Numbered from the stretch's first letter, positions 39,213 through 49,441 are shown. The stretch is DNA of 64,000 bases from an uncultured delta proteobacterium (GCA_963727625.1 CAVSHR010000004.1:640001-704000); one strand, 5' to 3'. The notes: a model not told the origin generated them from the sequence alone. A program made the numbers and translations.

Positions 39213-40442
39213 ATGCTGAAATTCATTGGCAAGATAGGTTTGGTGGCAGTCGCCGCTGCTGCGCTATTAATCGCGGAGAGCGAAAACGCCCTCGCCAAAG
39301 TGGAAGGCGACACGATCATTCTTGGCGCGGCGGTTTCGCTTACCGGCAAGTATTCCACCAATGGCAAGAATACGCAGGATGGCTACGAACTGGCGGTGAG
39401 ACGCATCAACGAGAACGGCGGCGTCAAAGTCGGCGGCAAGAGCTACAAGCTCAAAGTCGCATACTACGACGATGAGTCCACGCCTGCGCGCGCCGCCCAG
39501 CTCGCCGAGCGTCTAATCAACCAGGACGGCGTGAAATTCCTGCTCGGTCCGTATAGCTCCGGATTGACCACGGCGATCGCGCCGGTAACCGAGAAATACA
39601 AGATCCCGATGGTCGAAGGCAACGGCGCGGCTCTGTCGCTTTTCGGAAAAGGCTACAAGTATTTGTTCGCCACGCTTTCCAGCACCGAGTTTTATCTTAA
39701 ATCGGCGATTGGTCTGATGGCGGAAAAAGCCCCCGACATCGGCAAGAAGCCTGCCCAGATCACCATAGCGATGGCTTTTGAGAACGATCCGTTCAGCCGG
39801 GACATCCGAGCAGGCGTCGTCGAAGATGCCAAAAAATTCGCCATGAAGATCGTAATCGACGATAAGTTGCCGCCGGAAATCAACAACATGGCCGCGACCC
39901 TGACCAAGGTCAAAGCGCTCAAGCCCGATCTCCTGGTGGTATCGGGCCACGCCAAGGGCGCGACTCTGTTCGTGCGTCAAACAGACGAGATGAAGGTTCG
40001 TACGCCGATGATGGCAACCACGCACTGCGATTCCGCCAAGGTTGCCGAAACCATGCCGGCCGAATCGGAAGGATTTCTGTGTGCCTCGCAGTGGGACCGC
40101 AGCCTGAAATACTCGGACAAGTGGTTTGGCCGAGCCGAAGACTATGCCCAGCTGTTCGACAAAGTGTTTCATTATGCCCCCCCCTACCAGGCGGCCGAGT
40201 CGACGGCCGCCGTGCTGGTATTTGTTGACGCTTTCCAGCGTTGCGGCTGTTTCGAAACGGCAAAATTGCGCGATGCCATCGCGGCCACCGATATGGAAAC
40301 CTTCTACGGCCACATCAGGTTCGATAAAACCGGTAAGAACATCGCCAAGCCGATGATACTGTACCAAGTTCAAAAAGGTCATTATCGGGTGGTGGCGCCG
40401 ACGAGGTGGGCCGAGTCCAAGGTCAACTTTCCGCTTAAATAA
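39213..40442 (+). CDS. Branched-chain amino acid-type ABC substrate-binding protein
   Basis: Signal peptide; 'LGAAVSLTGKYS', 'YYDDESTP', 'LLGPYSSGLT'; AGGAGG RBS. Confidence 0.93.
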   Translation: MLKFIGKIGLVAVAAAALLIAESENALAKVEGDTIILGAAVSLTGKYSTNGKNTQDGYELAVRRINENGGVKVGGKSYKLKVAYYDDESTPARAAQLAERLINQDGVKFLLGPYSSGLTTAIAPVTEKYKIPMVEGNGAALSLFGKGYKYLFATLSSTEFYLKSAIGLMAEKAPDIGKKPAQITIAMAFENDPFSRDIRAGVVEDAKKFAMKIVIDDKLPPEINNMAATLTKVKALKPDLLVVSGHAKGATLFVRQTDEMKVRTPMMATTHCDSAKVAETMPAESEGFLCASQWDRSLKYSDKWFGRAEDYAQLFDKVFHYAPPYQAAESTAAVLVFVDAFQRCGCFETAKLRDAIAATDMETFYGHIRFDKTGKNIAKPMILYQVQKGHYRVVAPTRWAESKVNFPLK

Positions 40443-40507
40443 CCGGCATCTCTTGATCGGTTTGCGCCCCTCCGGCCCCACTGCCGCTGGGGCGCAAAGC
40501 TGCGGTC

Positions 40508-41407
40508 ATGGACAATATCGAACTTCTTTTCAACGCGCCGATTTTGACCGTTCAGCTGTTAGCGGACGGAGTCCTGATCGGAGCGATTTTCGCGCTCACC
40601 GCCTACGGCATGGCTCTGGTTTGGGGCGTCATGAACATCATCAACATTGCCCAGGGCGAGTTCGTCATGCTCGGCGGCTATACTGCTTTTTTTTTGTACA
40701 CCGCCGGAATCCATCCGCTGTTCGGCATCCCCCTCGCGGCCGTGCTGTTGTTCATTCTCGGTTGGTTTCTCTATAAGGGCGTCATTTTCCGGATTGTCGA
40801 CAAGGACCTGTTCACCTCGATTTTAGCGACCTTCGGCCTGAGTATCGTGCTGCAGCAGCTCGCCAACGAGTTGTTCGGTGCCGATGTTCGGACAGCGGAG
40901 TCCGGTCTAGAGACGCTCTTCCTCTTCGGCGGTCTGGTGACCATTGCCGAGATTAAACTCGTCGCCTTCGCGGCTGCGCTGATCGTGGGCGGCTTGATCG
41001 TGCTTTTTCTCAAGCGCTCCCGCATGGGTCAGGCGATCCGCGCCACGGCACAGAATGCCCGCGCTGCGCGCATCATGGGTATCGACACCGACCGGGTATA
41101 CGCGTTCACCTACGCACTCAATGCCGCCACCTGCGGCGCTGCCGGAGCGCTCGTGGCCATGACCTGGATCATTCATCCGTATCTCGGGTTACCCTATACA
41201 TTACGATCGTTCATGATCGTGATTGTCGCCGGTCTCGGTAACCTGGCTGCGGTCCTCGGCGCCGGCTTGATCCTCAGCGTGGCGGAGAACTTCGCCGGCT
41301 TTATTCTGGGTGCCGAGTATCAAGCAGCCTTCGTTTTCGGCTTGCTTGTCGTGATCTTGGTTTGGCGGCGGTTCCAGCTTGGCCGCCAGCGGAGATACCT
41401 CAAATGA
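40508..41407 (+). CDS. livH: LivH-like ABC permease
   Basis: 'GVMNIINIAQGEFVMLG', 'MGQAIRATAQN'. Confidence 0.9.
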   Translation: MDNIELLFNAPILTVQLLADGVLIGAIFALTAYGMALVWGVMNIINIAQGEFVMLGGYTAFFLYTAGIHPLFGIPLAAVLLFILGWFLYKGVIFRIVDKDLFTSILATFGLSIVLQQLANELFGADVRTAESGLETLFLFGGLVTIAEIKLVAFAAALIVGGLIVLFLKRSRMGQAIRATAQNARAARIMGIDTDRVYAFTYALNAATCGAAGALVAMTWIIHPYLGLPYTLRSFMIVIVAGLGNLAAVLGAGLILSVAENFAGFILGAEYQAAFVFGLLVVILVWRRFQLGRQRRYLK

Positions 41408-42396
41408 ACCGGACCGCCGCCCAACTGCTGCTTTACGGCGCGCTCATCGCCCTTGCGCTGTCGGCGCCGGCCCTTGCGCCGAATTACCGCGCACAAATGG
41501 CCCTTCTCTGGGTGATGATCATATTCGCGCTCACCTGGGATCTGCTCGGCGGCCAAATGGGCTACAACTCGTTTGGCAACGTCCTGTTTTTTGGAATCGG
41601 CATGTACGGTTGCGCTGTCGTCCAGCGCGATGCCGGACTCGGCTACTACAGCGGGCTATTCGTGGGCATGGGCGTCGGGGCAACAATTGCAGTGACCACC
41701 GCGGCGTTGCTCGGGTCGGCTATCCTCGGCCTGCGCGGCCAGTATTTTGCCATCGGCACGCTCGGTCTCGGCGTTGCCGCGGGGGAGTTTGCCAGCGGTT
41801 GGGACTATATCGGCGCAGGTTCCGGGATGGTGACGCCGCTCTATCCCGGAGCGGCCGGCGCACGCGAGAGTTTTTTTTATTATCTCCTGTTCGGGCTCGC
41901 AGCGCTGACCTTCCCGGCGCTGCGCTGGCTCTATTCCGGACGATTCGGCCTGACCATCAACGCGATTCGTGACGACGAGGATAAGGCCGAGTCTTTGGGC
42001 ATCCGCACCACGCGCTATAAATCGACGGCGTGGTGTATTTCGGCGTTTTTCCTCGGGCTTACCGGCGGCGCCACGGGCAACCTGATCGGTTTTATCGATC
42101 CGCGCGATGTCGCTTTTGCCGGCTCGACCTATGGGGTCTGGATGGTTCTCATGGCGATCCTGGGCGGCAAGGGAACGCTGTGGGGGCCGGTCATAGGCGC
42201 CGTCATCTTCCATGTTACGCAGGAAGTTTTCTGGACCTACTTTCTCGGCTGGCAACGCGTGTCCCTCGGCCTGCTGATCGTGTTGACGGTGGTCTTTTTC
42301 CCGCTCGGTGTGCTCGGCTGGGCGCGCGAGCGCTGGCCGGAGCTGTTCGGCCACCGCATTGACGCGACCCCGGTAACGCCGGAGGCCGTCAAGTGA
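41404..42396 (+). CDS. livM: LivM-like ABC permease
   Basis: 'LRGQYFAIGTL', 'AIRDDEDKAESLG', 'ILGGKGTLWGP'; ATGA overlap with livH. Confidence 0.9.
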   Translation: MNRTAAQLLLYGALIALALSAPALAPNYRAQMALLWVMIIFALTWDLLGGQMGYNSFGNVLFFGIGMYGCAVVQRDAGLGYYSGLFVGMGVGATIAVTTAALLGSAILGLRGQYFAIGTLGLGVAAGEFASGWDYIGAGSGMVTPLYPGAAGARESFFYYLLFGLAALTFPALRWLYSGRFGLTINAIRDDEDKAESLGIRTTRYKSTAWCISAFFLGLTGGATGNLIGFIDPRDVAFAGSTYGVWMVLMAILGGKGTLWGPVIGAVIFHVTQEVFWTYFLGWQRVSLGLLIVLTVVFFPLGVLGWARERWPELFGHRIDATPVTPEAVK

Positions 42397-43136
42397 AACC
42401 CATCCTCGAGGTAACCGCTGTCACCAAAGCCTTTGGCGGCGTGGTGGCGAACAACGCCATTAGTCTCACCGTGCCGCACGGCAAGATCGTCGGCCTGATC
42501 GGTCCCAACGGCTCAGGCAAAACGACACTTTTCAATTCGATTGTCGGCTACCACCCGATCGACTCCGGCTCGATTCGATTTGAAGGGCGCGAGCTGTCGA
42601 CGCTGCGAGTGGCACAGATCGCCCGCTTCGGTCTACTGCGAACATTCCAACAATCCCGCATCTTCGATAAGATGACCTGCATGCAGAACATGCTGGTGAG
42701 CGTGCCGCGGACCTATCATAGCTGGTGGTCGATGTTGTGCCGCGCTGCGCCGCAGGATGAGCGTCGCGCCGAGGAGCTGCTGCAATTCGTCGGACTCAAG
42801 GCCAAGCGGTTCCTGCGCGCGGGCAACCTGTCGTTCGGCCAGCAGAAGTTGCTCGAGCTCGCAATGGCGCTAATGAGCGAGCCAAAAATGTTACTCCTCG
42901 ACGAACCGACGGCGGGCGTCAATCCCACGCTGATCAACGGTTTGATGAACCGGCTACGGCGCGCAAACCGTGAGTTCGGCATCACCTTGCTGGTGATCGA
43001 GCACAACATGCGTGTGATCATGAATCTGGCCGAGTACATCTATTGTCTCGCCCACGGCGAGTTGCTCGCAGAAGGCGAGCCGGAGCAGGTCAGGAATGAC
43101 CGGCGCGTGATCGATGCCTATCTGGGCGCTCACTAA
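42393..43136 (+). CDS. livG: LivG-like ABC ATPase
   Basis: GPNGSGKT, LSFGQQK, LLDEP, 'VIDAYLG'. Confidence 0.92.
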   Translation: MKPILEVTAVTKAFGGVVANNAISLTVPHGKIVGLIGPNGSGKTTLFNSIVGYHPIDSGSIRFEGRELSTLRVAQIARFGLLRTFQQSRIFDKMTCMQNMLVSVPRTYHSWWSMLCRAAPQDERRAEELLQFVGLKAKRFLRAGNLSFGQQKLLELAMALMSEPKMLLLDEPTAGVNPTLINGLMNRLRRANREFGITLLVIEHNMRVIMNLAEYIYCLAHGELLAEGEPEQVRNDRRVIDAYLGAH

Positions 43137-43996
43137 TGAGTGACAAAAACCGTCAGCCCGACAATTCTGAAGCCGACTTCGGCGACGAACTGATTTCTGC
43201 CGATGAAGTCGCGCACGAGGCAGCCCGTTTCGCGGCCGACCGACCGAGCGCGCAGCGCCTCGCCGGGCTCGCCGCCGGGAAACCCTTGCTGACGATCGAA
43301 AATCTATACGCGGGTTACGGTAAAATGGAGATCCTACACGGCATCGATCTCCAGGTCGCCGCTGGACAATCGCTGTGTCTGATCGGACCGAACGGCGCCG
43401 GAAAGTCAACCGTGCTGCACTCGATCTACGGCTTCACCCGCATCTACAGCGGCGCGATCCGCGTCAATGGCGAAGCCATCACCCGGCTCACCGCCAATGA
43501 AAAGCTCAGACGCGCGGGCATCGCCTATGTCCTGCAGGACAATTCGGTTTTCCCCGATATGACCGTCGAAGAAAACCTGTGGATAGGCGGCTATCTGTGG
43601 GCGCGCCCGGAACAGGCGAAAGAGGCCTCCGAGCGCGTTTTTCAGAAGTATCAACGTCTCGCCGAGCGACGCAAGCAACCGGCGCGCGTGCTGTCGGGCG
43701 GCGAACGGCGGCTGCTCGAGATCGCCCGCGCACTCATCATGGAACCGCGAATTTTGCTCGTCGACGAACCGTCTATCGGCCTCGAACCGCGCTACATCGA
43801 CATGGTGTTCGAGATCCTCGCGGAGCTGCAACGGAGCGAGGGCAAGGCGATCATCATGGTCGAGCAGAATGCCAAAAAAGGGCTCGAATTTGCCGACATC
43901 GGCTATCTCCTGGTTTCCGGATCCGTCGCCATGGCCGACACTGGCGACAATCTCCTCAAGCACCCTGATGTTGGACGCCTGTTCCTCGGCGACTGA
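43136..43996 (+). CDS. livF: LivF-like ABC ATPase with ~50 aa N-terminal extension
   Basis: GPNGAGKS, LSGGERR, VDEPSIGL, VEQNA. Confidence 0.92.
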   Translation: MSDKNRQPDNSEADFGDELISADEVAHEAARFAADRPSAQRLAGLAAGKPLLTIENLYAGYGKMEILHGIDLQVAAGQSLCLIGPNGAGKSTVLHSIYGFTRIYSGAIRVNGEAITRLTANEKLRRAGIAYVLQDNSVFPDMTVEENLWIGGYLWARPEQAKEASERVFQKYQRLAERRKQPARVLSGGERRLLEIARALIMEPRILLVDEPSIGLEPRYIDMVFEILAELQRSEGKAIIMVEQNAKKGLEFADIGYLLVSGSVAMADTGDNLLKHPDVGRLFLGD

Positions 43997-44000
43997 CACC

Positions 44001-45221
44001 GTGATTGCGCCGCACCAACCTCCTATTCCGGTCCAGCGCGCAGCGACCCTGTTGTGCGGTGCCCATGTGCTCAGCATGACCGGATTTGGCACTTTTTCCG
44101 CATTGCTGCCGCTACTCATGGCCACCTGGCACATGAGCAATTCCCAGGCTGGAACGATTGGCGGCATGTATTATGCCGGTTACATGACCGCCGTGCCGCT
44201 GCTTACCGGCATGACCGATCGGGTCGACGCGCGCCGGATTTATCTTTTCGCCTGCGTGTTATCCATGACCGCTGCGCTTGGATTCGCGCTCCTGGCCGAC
44301 GGCTTTTGGTCAGCGCTCATGCTCCATGGGCTGGCGGGCGCCGGCCTTGCGGGGACCTACATGCCAGGTTTGAAAATCCTCTCCGATCACATCGAAGGTC
44401 GGCACCAAAGCCGGTGGGTCGCGATTTATACTTCTACATTCGGTGTCGGAGCGGCCTTATCGCTGTGGATGGCTGGCGCGATTACGACAATGGCCGGATG
44501 GCGGTGGGCATTCGCACTGGCCGGAGTGGGGCCGGCAGCAGCCGGCTCCCTCGTATTTCTGCGCTTACCGCCGCGCCGGCCGGATTTCGCCGTCAAGCTT
44601 ACCGCGGGACTACTCGATTTTCGCTCTGTGTTTCGCAACCGCGCGGCGACAAAATATATCTTCGCCTACGCCGCGCACTGCTGGGAGTTGTTCGGATTTC
44701 GTTCCTGGATCGTTGTCTTTCTGACCTTCGCAGGCGCGGTCCGCGCCACCGCCGAACCGAAGCTGGCGAGTGCGACTACGCTCGCGGCGACCATCAACCT
44801 GATCGGTCCCGCGGCCAGTATTCTGGGCAATGAATTAGCGGCGCGGTTCGATCGATCGCGTGTCGTGCTCGCCATAATGAGCGTGTCGACCGCCCTCGCC
44901 TGCGTTGTCGGGTTCAGCGCTCCTTTGCCCGAAGCGCTGGTATTCGCGCTCACGTGCCTTTACTTTCTTGCGATCATGGGTGATTCCGCCGCGCTCACCG
45001 CCGGGCTGCTCGGGGCCGCGGCGCCACAGCAACGGGGTGCTGCCATGGCGGTACATTCGTTTCTTGGCTTCGGCGCGGGCTTCGCCGGTCCGGTGGTTTT
45101 TGGCGCGGTGCTCGACCTTGCCGGCGGAAACCAGAGCGTATTCGCCTGGGGAGTGGCCTTTGCCAGTCTCGGCATCGGCGGCGCGCTGGTCCCGCTGACG
45201 CTTCTTTCGTTTCGACGATGA
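44001..45221 (+). CDS. MFS transporter
   Basis: GTG start 4 nt after livF; 'TDRVDARRI', 'LAGTYMPGLK', 'HCWELFGFRSW'. Confidence 0.88.
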   Translation: MIAPHQPPIPVQRAATLLCGAHVLSMTGFGTFSALLPLLMATWHMSNSQAGTIGGMYYAGYMTAVPLLTGMTDRVDARRIYLFACVLSMTAALGFALLADGFWSALMLHGLAGAGLAGTYMPGLKILSDHIEGRHQSRWVAIYTSTFGVGAALSLWMAGAITTMAGWRWAFALAGVGPAAAGSLVFLRLPPRRPDFAVKLTAGLLDFRSVFRNRAATKYIFAYAAHCWELFGFRSWIVVFLTFAGAVRATAEPKLASATTLAATINLIGPAASILGNELAARFDRSRVVLAIMSVSTALACVVGFSAPLPEALVFALTCLYFLAIMGDSAALTAGLLGAAAPQQRGAAMAVHSFLGFGAGFAGPVVFGAVLDLAGGNQSVFAWGVAFASLGIGGALVPLTLLSFRR

Positions 45222-45363
45222 GCGGGGAATGGCGGTCATCACCCGCCGCGCTAACCGGACGACCAGAAATTAAACAACCCTCGACTACAAGCCGAGCGGT
45301 TCCGAATTTGTCGACTGGAAGTCGACATCTATTTCCATCATTCCGGAGCATGCCGGAAGGGCG

Positions 45364-45691
45364 ATTCACATTTCAAGTGCAACAGTTCACGGCAGAAGAC
45401 CTCAGCCGGAGTTTTGTAGTGAAGGCAATTTCTCGGAGTGCGATTATAGCAACGAAGCAAACCGACTGCTCTGCGTAGGCAGGCTGATCACCAACCTGGG
45501 TCCCACTGTCGTGCTTCAGCTCGCGGGCTATAGTCGATGGCGCGCGACCCATAGCTGCCGCAATTTGACGGCTTGTTTTCCCGGCCTGGCTAAGTCGGGA
45601 AAGCGTGCAGCGCTCTTCAAGCGAAAACTGTTCATAGCATTGTCCCATTGCAACACCTTGTCCAAAAAAGTGTTGCACTTCGTTTGTGAAT
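45364..45691 (-). mobile_element. Internally deleted IS30-family element (both ends retained)
   Basis: Inverted repeats ATTCACATTTCAAGTGCAACA (45364-45384) and revcomp ATTCACAAACGAAGTGCAACA (45671-45691), 17/21 identical; N-terminal HTH 'YEQFSLEER...RQIAAAMGRAPSTIARELK' joined to the C-terminal 'YNRTPRNCLHYKTPAEVF...LLHLKCES'; no DDE core. Confidence 0.85.
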
Positions 45692-46184
45692 TTAGAGCGT
45701 CTTTCGCGCTGACGGCTTTTGTGTTGTAGGCGATCGGCAAGGTTAAATTATAAGCGCCGACGAAACGATGGTTGGCCTACACGGCGTCCAGGCCAAAGTC
45801 TTTTTCCCATCCCGGGTACGATGCCAACAGGTCACGGTCGATCAACGGCCGCAGCGCGCGCATCGAACCGGACTGGATGATATCGACCGCCGGCGGTTTG
45901 CCCGCTTGATTCTCCGCGATGATGCGCTGCACCAGCGGTTCGGGAATGCTTACGAAGTGCTCGATCTTGATTCCGGGATACTGTTTGTCGAGCACTTCCT
46001 GCATCTTTTCGTAAACGATCGCATCGGTGGGCCCCCAGATGACTACCGTGCCTTCCTTCTTTGCGGCATTATAAAGTTGCGTGATCGCGTCATTGCCGCT
46101 CTTACCCTTGCCTTGAGCGTGAGCGGCGTTGACTACGAACAAGCTCACAAGCGCCGCAGCCAAAATGATTCTTAACCGTTTCAT
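45692..46184 (-). pseudogene. Extracellular solute-binding protein (AfuA/iron-thiamine type), internal TAG and truncated by IS30
   Basis: Signal peptide, 'AAKKEGTVVIWG', 'KQYPGIKI'; frame continues past TAG 45777-45779 into 'IAYNTKAVSAKDA' and then hits the IS end. Confidence 0.8.
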
Positions 46185-46241
46185 ATCTTTCTGTCTCCTT
46201 ACTTTACGATGAATGGATGAATGAATGTCCTCGTCGCAAGT

Positions 46242-47081
46242 TCAAACTTGCTGGATTGGATGACGCTGCAAAAAATCTTGCAAAACGTTGAGCGCGCCGT
46301 CGCCATCCCAAAAAGTCATATGCTTCACCTGCGGCACCAGCGCCAGCTCGCAGCCGGGAACCAATGCGCCGAGTCTGCGCGCTGTGCCCACCGGCGTGCT
46401 GCCGCCGCGATTGACGTCGTCCTCGGCGCCGCAAAGGATCAGCGTCGGCACCCGAATCTTCGGCGCGTTACCCAGAGTATCCCAAGTACGGCGCGCCTCG
46501 AAGTGATAGCGGTGCTGCTCCGGACTGGTTTGGCGCTGCCAAAGCGCATCCGACAAGGCCTCTACGACTTCCGCATGTTCGTTGAAGAATTTCGGGTTGA
46601 ACGCCATGTGCGTGTTCTCGATATGGCCGCGGATGAAGCGCTCGAAACCATGGGCGCGAATTTCTTCTTCGTCGGTGTTTCTGACCACCCGCGGGCCGCC
46701 GTCGGTCGCTTTAATTCCCGCTCCGGCCGCGGCAATCGTCAGGGTCGCAACCAGATCGGGCCGTTGGAGCGCCAATGCCTGGGCGATCTGTCCGCCCAAA
46801 GCAAAACCCGCCGAATGACAGCGCGAGATTTTCAAATGTTCCAAGAGGCCCGCGCAATCTTTGGCGAACTGCTCGATGGTGTAACCGTTATCCGATTTGC
46901 TGCTGTAGCCGGTGCCGCGGCAATCGAAAATAATCGTGCGGTATCGTTTCGATAAAAACGGCACCACGCCAACCTTCCAGGTATCGCTCGGCCACCATGA
47001 CGGCGGCGCGAGCAATACCGGCTCGCCCGCTCCCAGCACCTCGTAGTAGATATCAACGTCGCCGATTTTCGCGCTGGGCAT
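46242..47081 (-). CDS. Alpha/beta fold hydrolase-like protein with Ala at the nucleophile position
   Basis: 'IYYEVLGAGEPVLL', 'FDCRGTGYS', elbow 'GFALGG', 'IRVPTLILCGAEDD', 'VKHM'. Confidence 0.88.
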   Translation of the reverse strand: MPSAKIGDVDIYYEVLGAGEPVLLAPPSWWPSDTWKVGVVPFLSKRYRTIIFDCRGTGYSSKSDNGYTIEQFAKDCAGLLEHLKISRCHSAGFALGGQIAQALALQRPDLVATLTIAAAGAGIKATDGGPRVVRNTDEEEIRAHGFERFIRGHIENTHMAFNPKFFNEHAEVVEALSDALWQRQTSPEQHRYHFEARRTWDTLGNAPKIRVPTLILCGAEDDVNRGGSTPVGTARRLGALVPGCELALVPQVKHMTFWDGDGALNVLQDFLQRHPIQQV

Positions 47082-47311
47082 TGGAGACCTCGCCTGCAAA
47101 CGCTTGATTAACTGCGGTATCGCCGCTTTGAGCTAAGACAACTGCGCAACCTTTTATTTGTAACGTGAGATGGGCTTTCTTCACAAGGAAAAAGTCAAAC
47201 CATTTTTGCACGAGCGAGGCGAGGATTAGTGCCGTCGTGAGTCATGGTCGGCCGCGCCGGAAGCCAGCCCCAGCGCCATAAGTCGAATGCCGATGAAAAA
47301 CAGCTTGGAGA

Positions 47312-48493
47312 TCATATGATGTGCTTTTCCCGAAATGTTCGAATATCGCCGTCGCCATATCCCAACGCGCGCAAGGTCTCCTCGCTATGCTCGCCGAGCT
47401 TGGGCGGTCGCAGGCGGATGTCCGCCGGCGTCTCGCTCAGATTGATGCCGTTTTTGACCAGTTGAAACGCGCCGAACTCGGGGTCGGTGACCTGCGTCAG
47501 CCGGTCGAGAAATTTCACTTGCGGGTCTTCGAACACCTCGGCAAAATTATTGATCGGCGCGCAGGGCACGTCCTTCTCTTCCAGCGCCTTGAGCCAGTGC
47601 GCGCGCGGCGCGCTTTGAAACGCCTTGGAGAGAATCTCGTGGATCAGGTCGTAGCTCTTGATCCGCGCGTGGCGGTCTTTCGTCCGCGGGTCGGTTTGGA
47701 GATCGGGCCGGCCGATGACCTCGGTGACGCCGGTCCAGAATTTCGGTGGATGGGACAGGTGGATGACAAACGGCTTGCCGTCTCCGGCGACCAGCGCATA
47801 AACCCCCGCGGTTTTAACCCGGCTGCTCTTCTTGGGAATCTCGCCGCTGAAAAGGTATTGCGTGATGCTGAAACCGATAAAGCCGATGGTCGCTTCGAGC
47901 AATGAGGTTTCGACTTTTTGTCCCTTGCCGGTGCGCTCGCGCGCCGCGATGGCGGCGAGAATGCCGTAGGCGCCGTAAAATCCGCCGAGATGATCGGAAA
48001 AGGACGCCCCCGGCCCTTCCGGTTTATCGAGATCGGTGAGTATGCTTAAAAGCCCGCTCAGCGCCTGGCCAAGAGTGTCGTAACCGGGTTTCTTGCGATA
48101 GGGGCCGGACTGGCCGAAGGCGGAAATCGAACAATAGATGATCTGAGGATTGATCTGCTTGATCTCCTCGTAGCCGATGCCCAGACGATCGACCACGCCG
48201 GGACGGAGATTTTCCACGATCACGTCGGCGTCTTTGGCCAGTCGCAGGAAAATTTCTCTCCCCTCGGCCTGTTTGATATCGATGGTCACGCTCTTTTTGT
48301 TGCGATTCATGCCGCAAAAACTCGGGCTGTAGTTTTTCGGTTCCTTGTCCCAGTGGCGAAACGGATCGCCCGATCCAGGAGTTTCGATCTTGTAGACCTC
48401 CGCGCCGAGATCGGCGAGCAGCATCGCCGCGAACGGCCCCGCAATATAGTTGGTGAGGTCGAGAACTTTGATTCCGTCCAGTGCTCCCGGCAT
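47312..48493 (-). CDS. CoA-transferase family III (CaiB/BaiF)
   Basis: 'LDGIKVLDL...AGPFAAMLLADLGAEVYKIE', 'NRNKKS', 'ENLRPG', 'PGYD', 'PPKLGEH'. Confidence 0.95.
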   Translation of the reverse strand: MPGALDGIKVLDLTNYIAGPFAAMLLADLGAEVYKIETPGSGDPFRHWDKEPKNYSPSFCGMNRNKKSVTIDIKQAEGREIFLRLAKDADVIVENLRPGVVDRLGIGYEEIKQINPQIIYCSISAFGQSGPYRKKPGYDTLGQALSGLLSILTDLDKPEGPGASFSDHLGGFYGAYGILAAIAARERTGKGQKVETSLLEATIGFIGFSITQYLFSGEIPKKSSRVKTAGVYALVAGDGKPFVIHLSHPPKFWTGVTEVIGRPDLQTDPRTKDRHARIKSYDLIHEILSKAFQSAPRAHWLKALEEKDVPCAPINNFAEVFEDPQVKFLDRLTQVTDPEFGAFQLVKNGINLSETPADIRLRPPKLGEHSEETLRALGYGDGDIRTFREKHII

Positions 48494-48666
48494 GTCCCTT
48501 GTGCTCCTCGTTGCTGTCCTAGGAATATAAGGAGGCTGCTATGTTGCTGTCAACCAAACCGCGCGAAAAATTCCCATAGCGCCGAGTCCCAATCGTCCCT
48601 TGACACCACTATCATGCTCTGAGAATCTGCCTCTGCCGAAATCTATTTATGTCCGAGGGGAGGAAG

Positions 48667-49338
48667 ATGGAAAACCAAGAGTTTATCGATTCACTGATAC
48701 GGGAGATCATTCAGCCGGGCGTCGGTCAGTTAATAAACGGCCGCTTCTTCAGCGAACTGCGCGTCGGCAAGCTCTCCAAGAAACGCCTCGCCGGTTTCGC
48801 CATGCAGCACTATCTCTCCAATCACGCAATCAATAAAGGTCTCGCCTTCTGCATGGTTAAAAACGCCAGCAACCCGCCGGCTTACAATCAATTCGTCGAG
48901 CTCTTCGTCGAAGAGTCGTCCCACCCGGAGTTGATGAAGCGTTTCGGTGCAGCGCTGGGATTGACCGACCAAGATTTCGACAACGAGATCATGATCTACG
49001 AATGTGTCGGCCATACCGCGGCGATTATCCGCGGTATGTTTCTCGGTTCCGCCGCTGAGACCCGCGCCGGGGCGCTGGTGAACGAGACCATGGTCCTGCC
49101 GCTATTCGGACGAATTCGATGCGGCGCTTGGAAAAACATTACGGACTTGGACAGCCGCGCCCGAACATTTTTCATCGTCCACGGCAAGGTCGACCTGGAA
49201 CATACCGCGATGGCCGCCGAGACCATCGCGCGCAATGCCAACACCGTGCGGGAAAAAGCGTTGGTGCGCGCCGCCGCTCTCAATATGGTCCGTTTCAAGC
49301 TCGCCAAGTTCGACGGCATTTACGACGCCTACGCCTAA
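48667..49338 (+). CDS. Heme-oxygenase-like diiron (TenA/PqqC/CADD fold) protein
   Basis: 'EESSH', 'VNE', 'FFIVHGKVDLEH' (H-x3-D-x2-H); segment 49095-49150 appears locally out of frame through compensating indels. Confidence 0.8.
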   Translation: MENQEFIDSLIREIIQPGVGQLINGRFFSELRVGKLSKKRLAGFAMQHYLSNHAINKGLAFCMVKNASNPPAYNQFVELFVEESSHPELMKRFGAALGLTDQDFDNEIMIYECVGHTAAIIRGMFLGSAAETRAGALVNETMVLPLFGRIRCGAWKNITDLDSRARTFFIVHGKVDLEHTAMAAETIARNANTVREKALVRAAALNMVRFKLAKFDGIYDAYA

Positions 49339-49441
49339 ACGGGTCTGGCGTCTCGCGTCCAGCGTTCGAGAACCGTTTTTTTATCTGGAGAACAACAACA
49401 TTGGAGCAACGAAGAGATAAATTCGCGCCAAGAGGAAGTCG

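Noticed and set aside
43136-43290. N-terminal extension of LivF as a novel domain
   Set aside because: About 50 aa, low complexity and probably a disordered leader; there is no evidence of a separate function.
45777-45779. In-frame TAG in the solute-binding protein as possible pyrrolysine/read-through
   Set aside because: The gene is truncated by the IS30 remnant about 85 nt later; a TAY-to-TAG nonsense change in a dead gene (or a base error) is simpler, and no pyl genes are visible.
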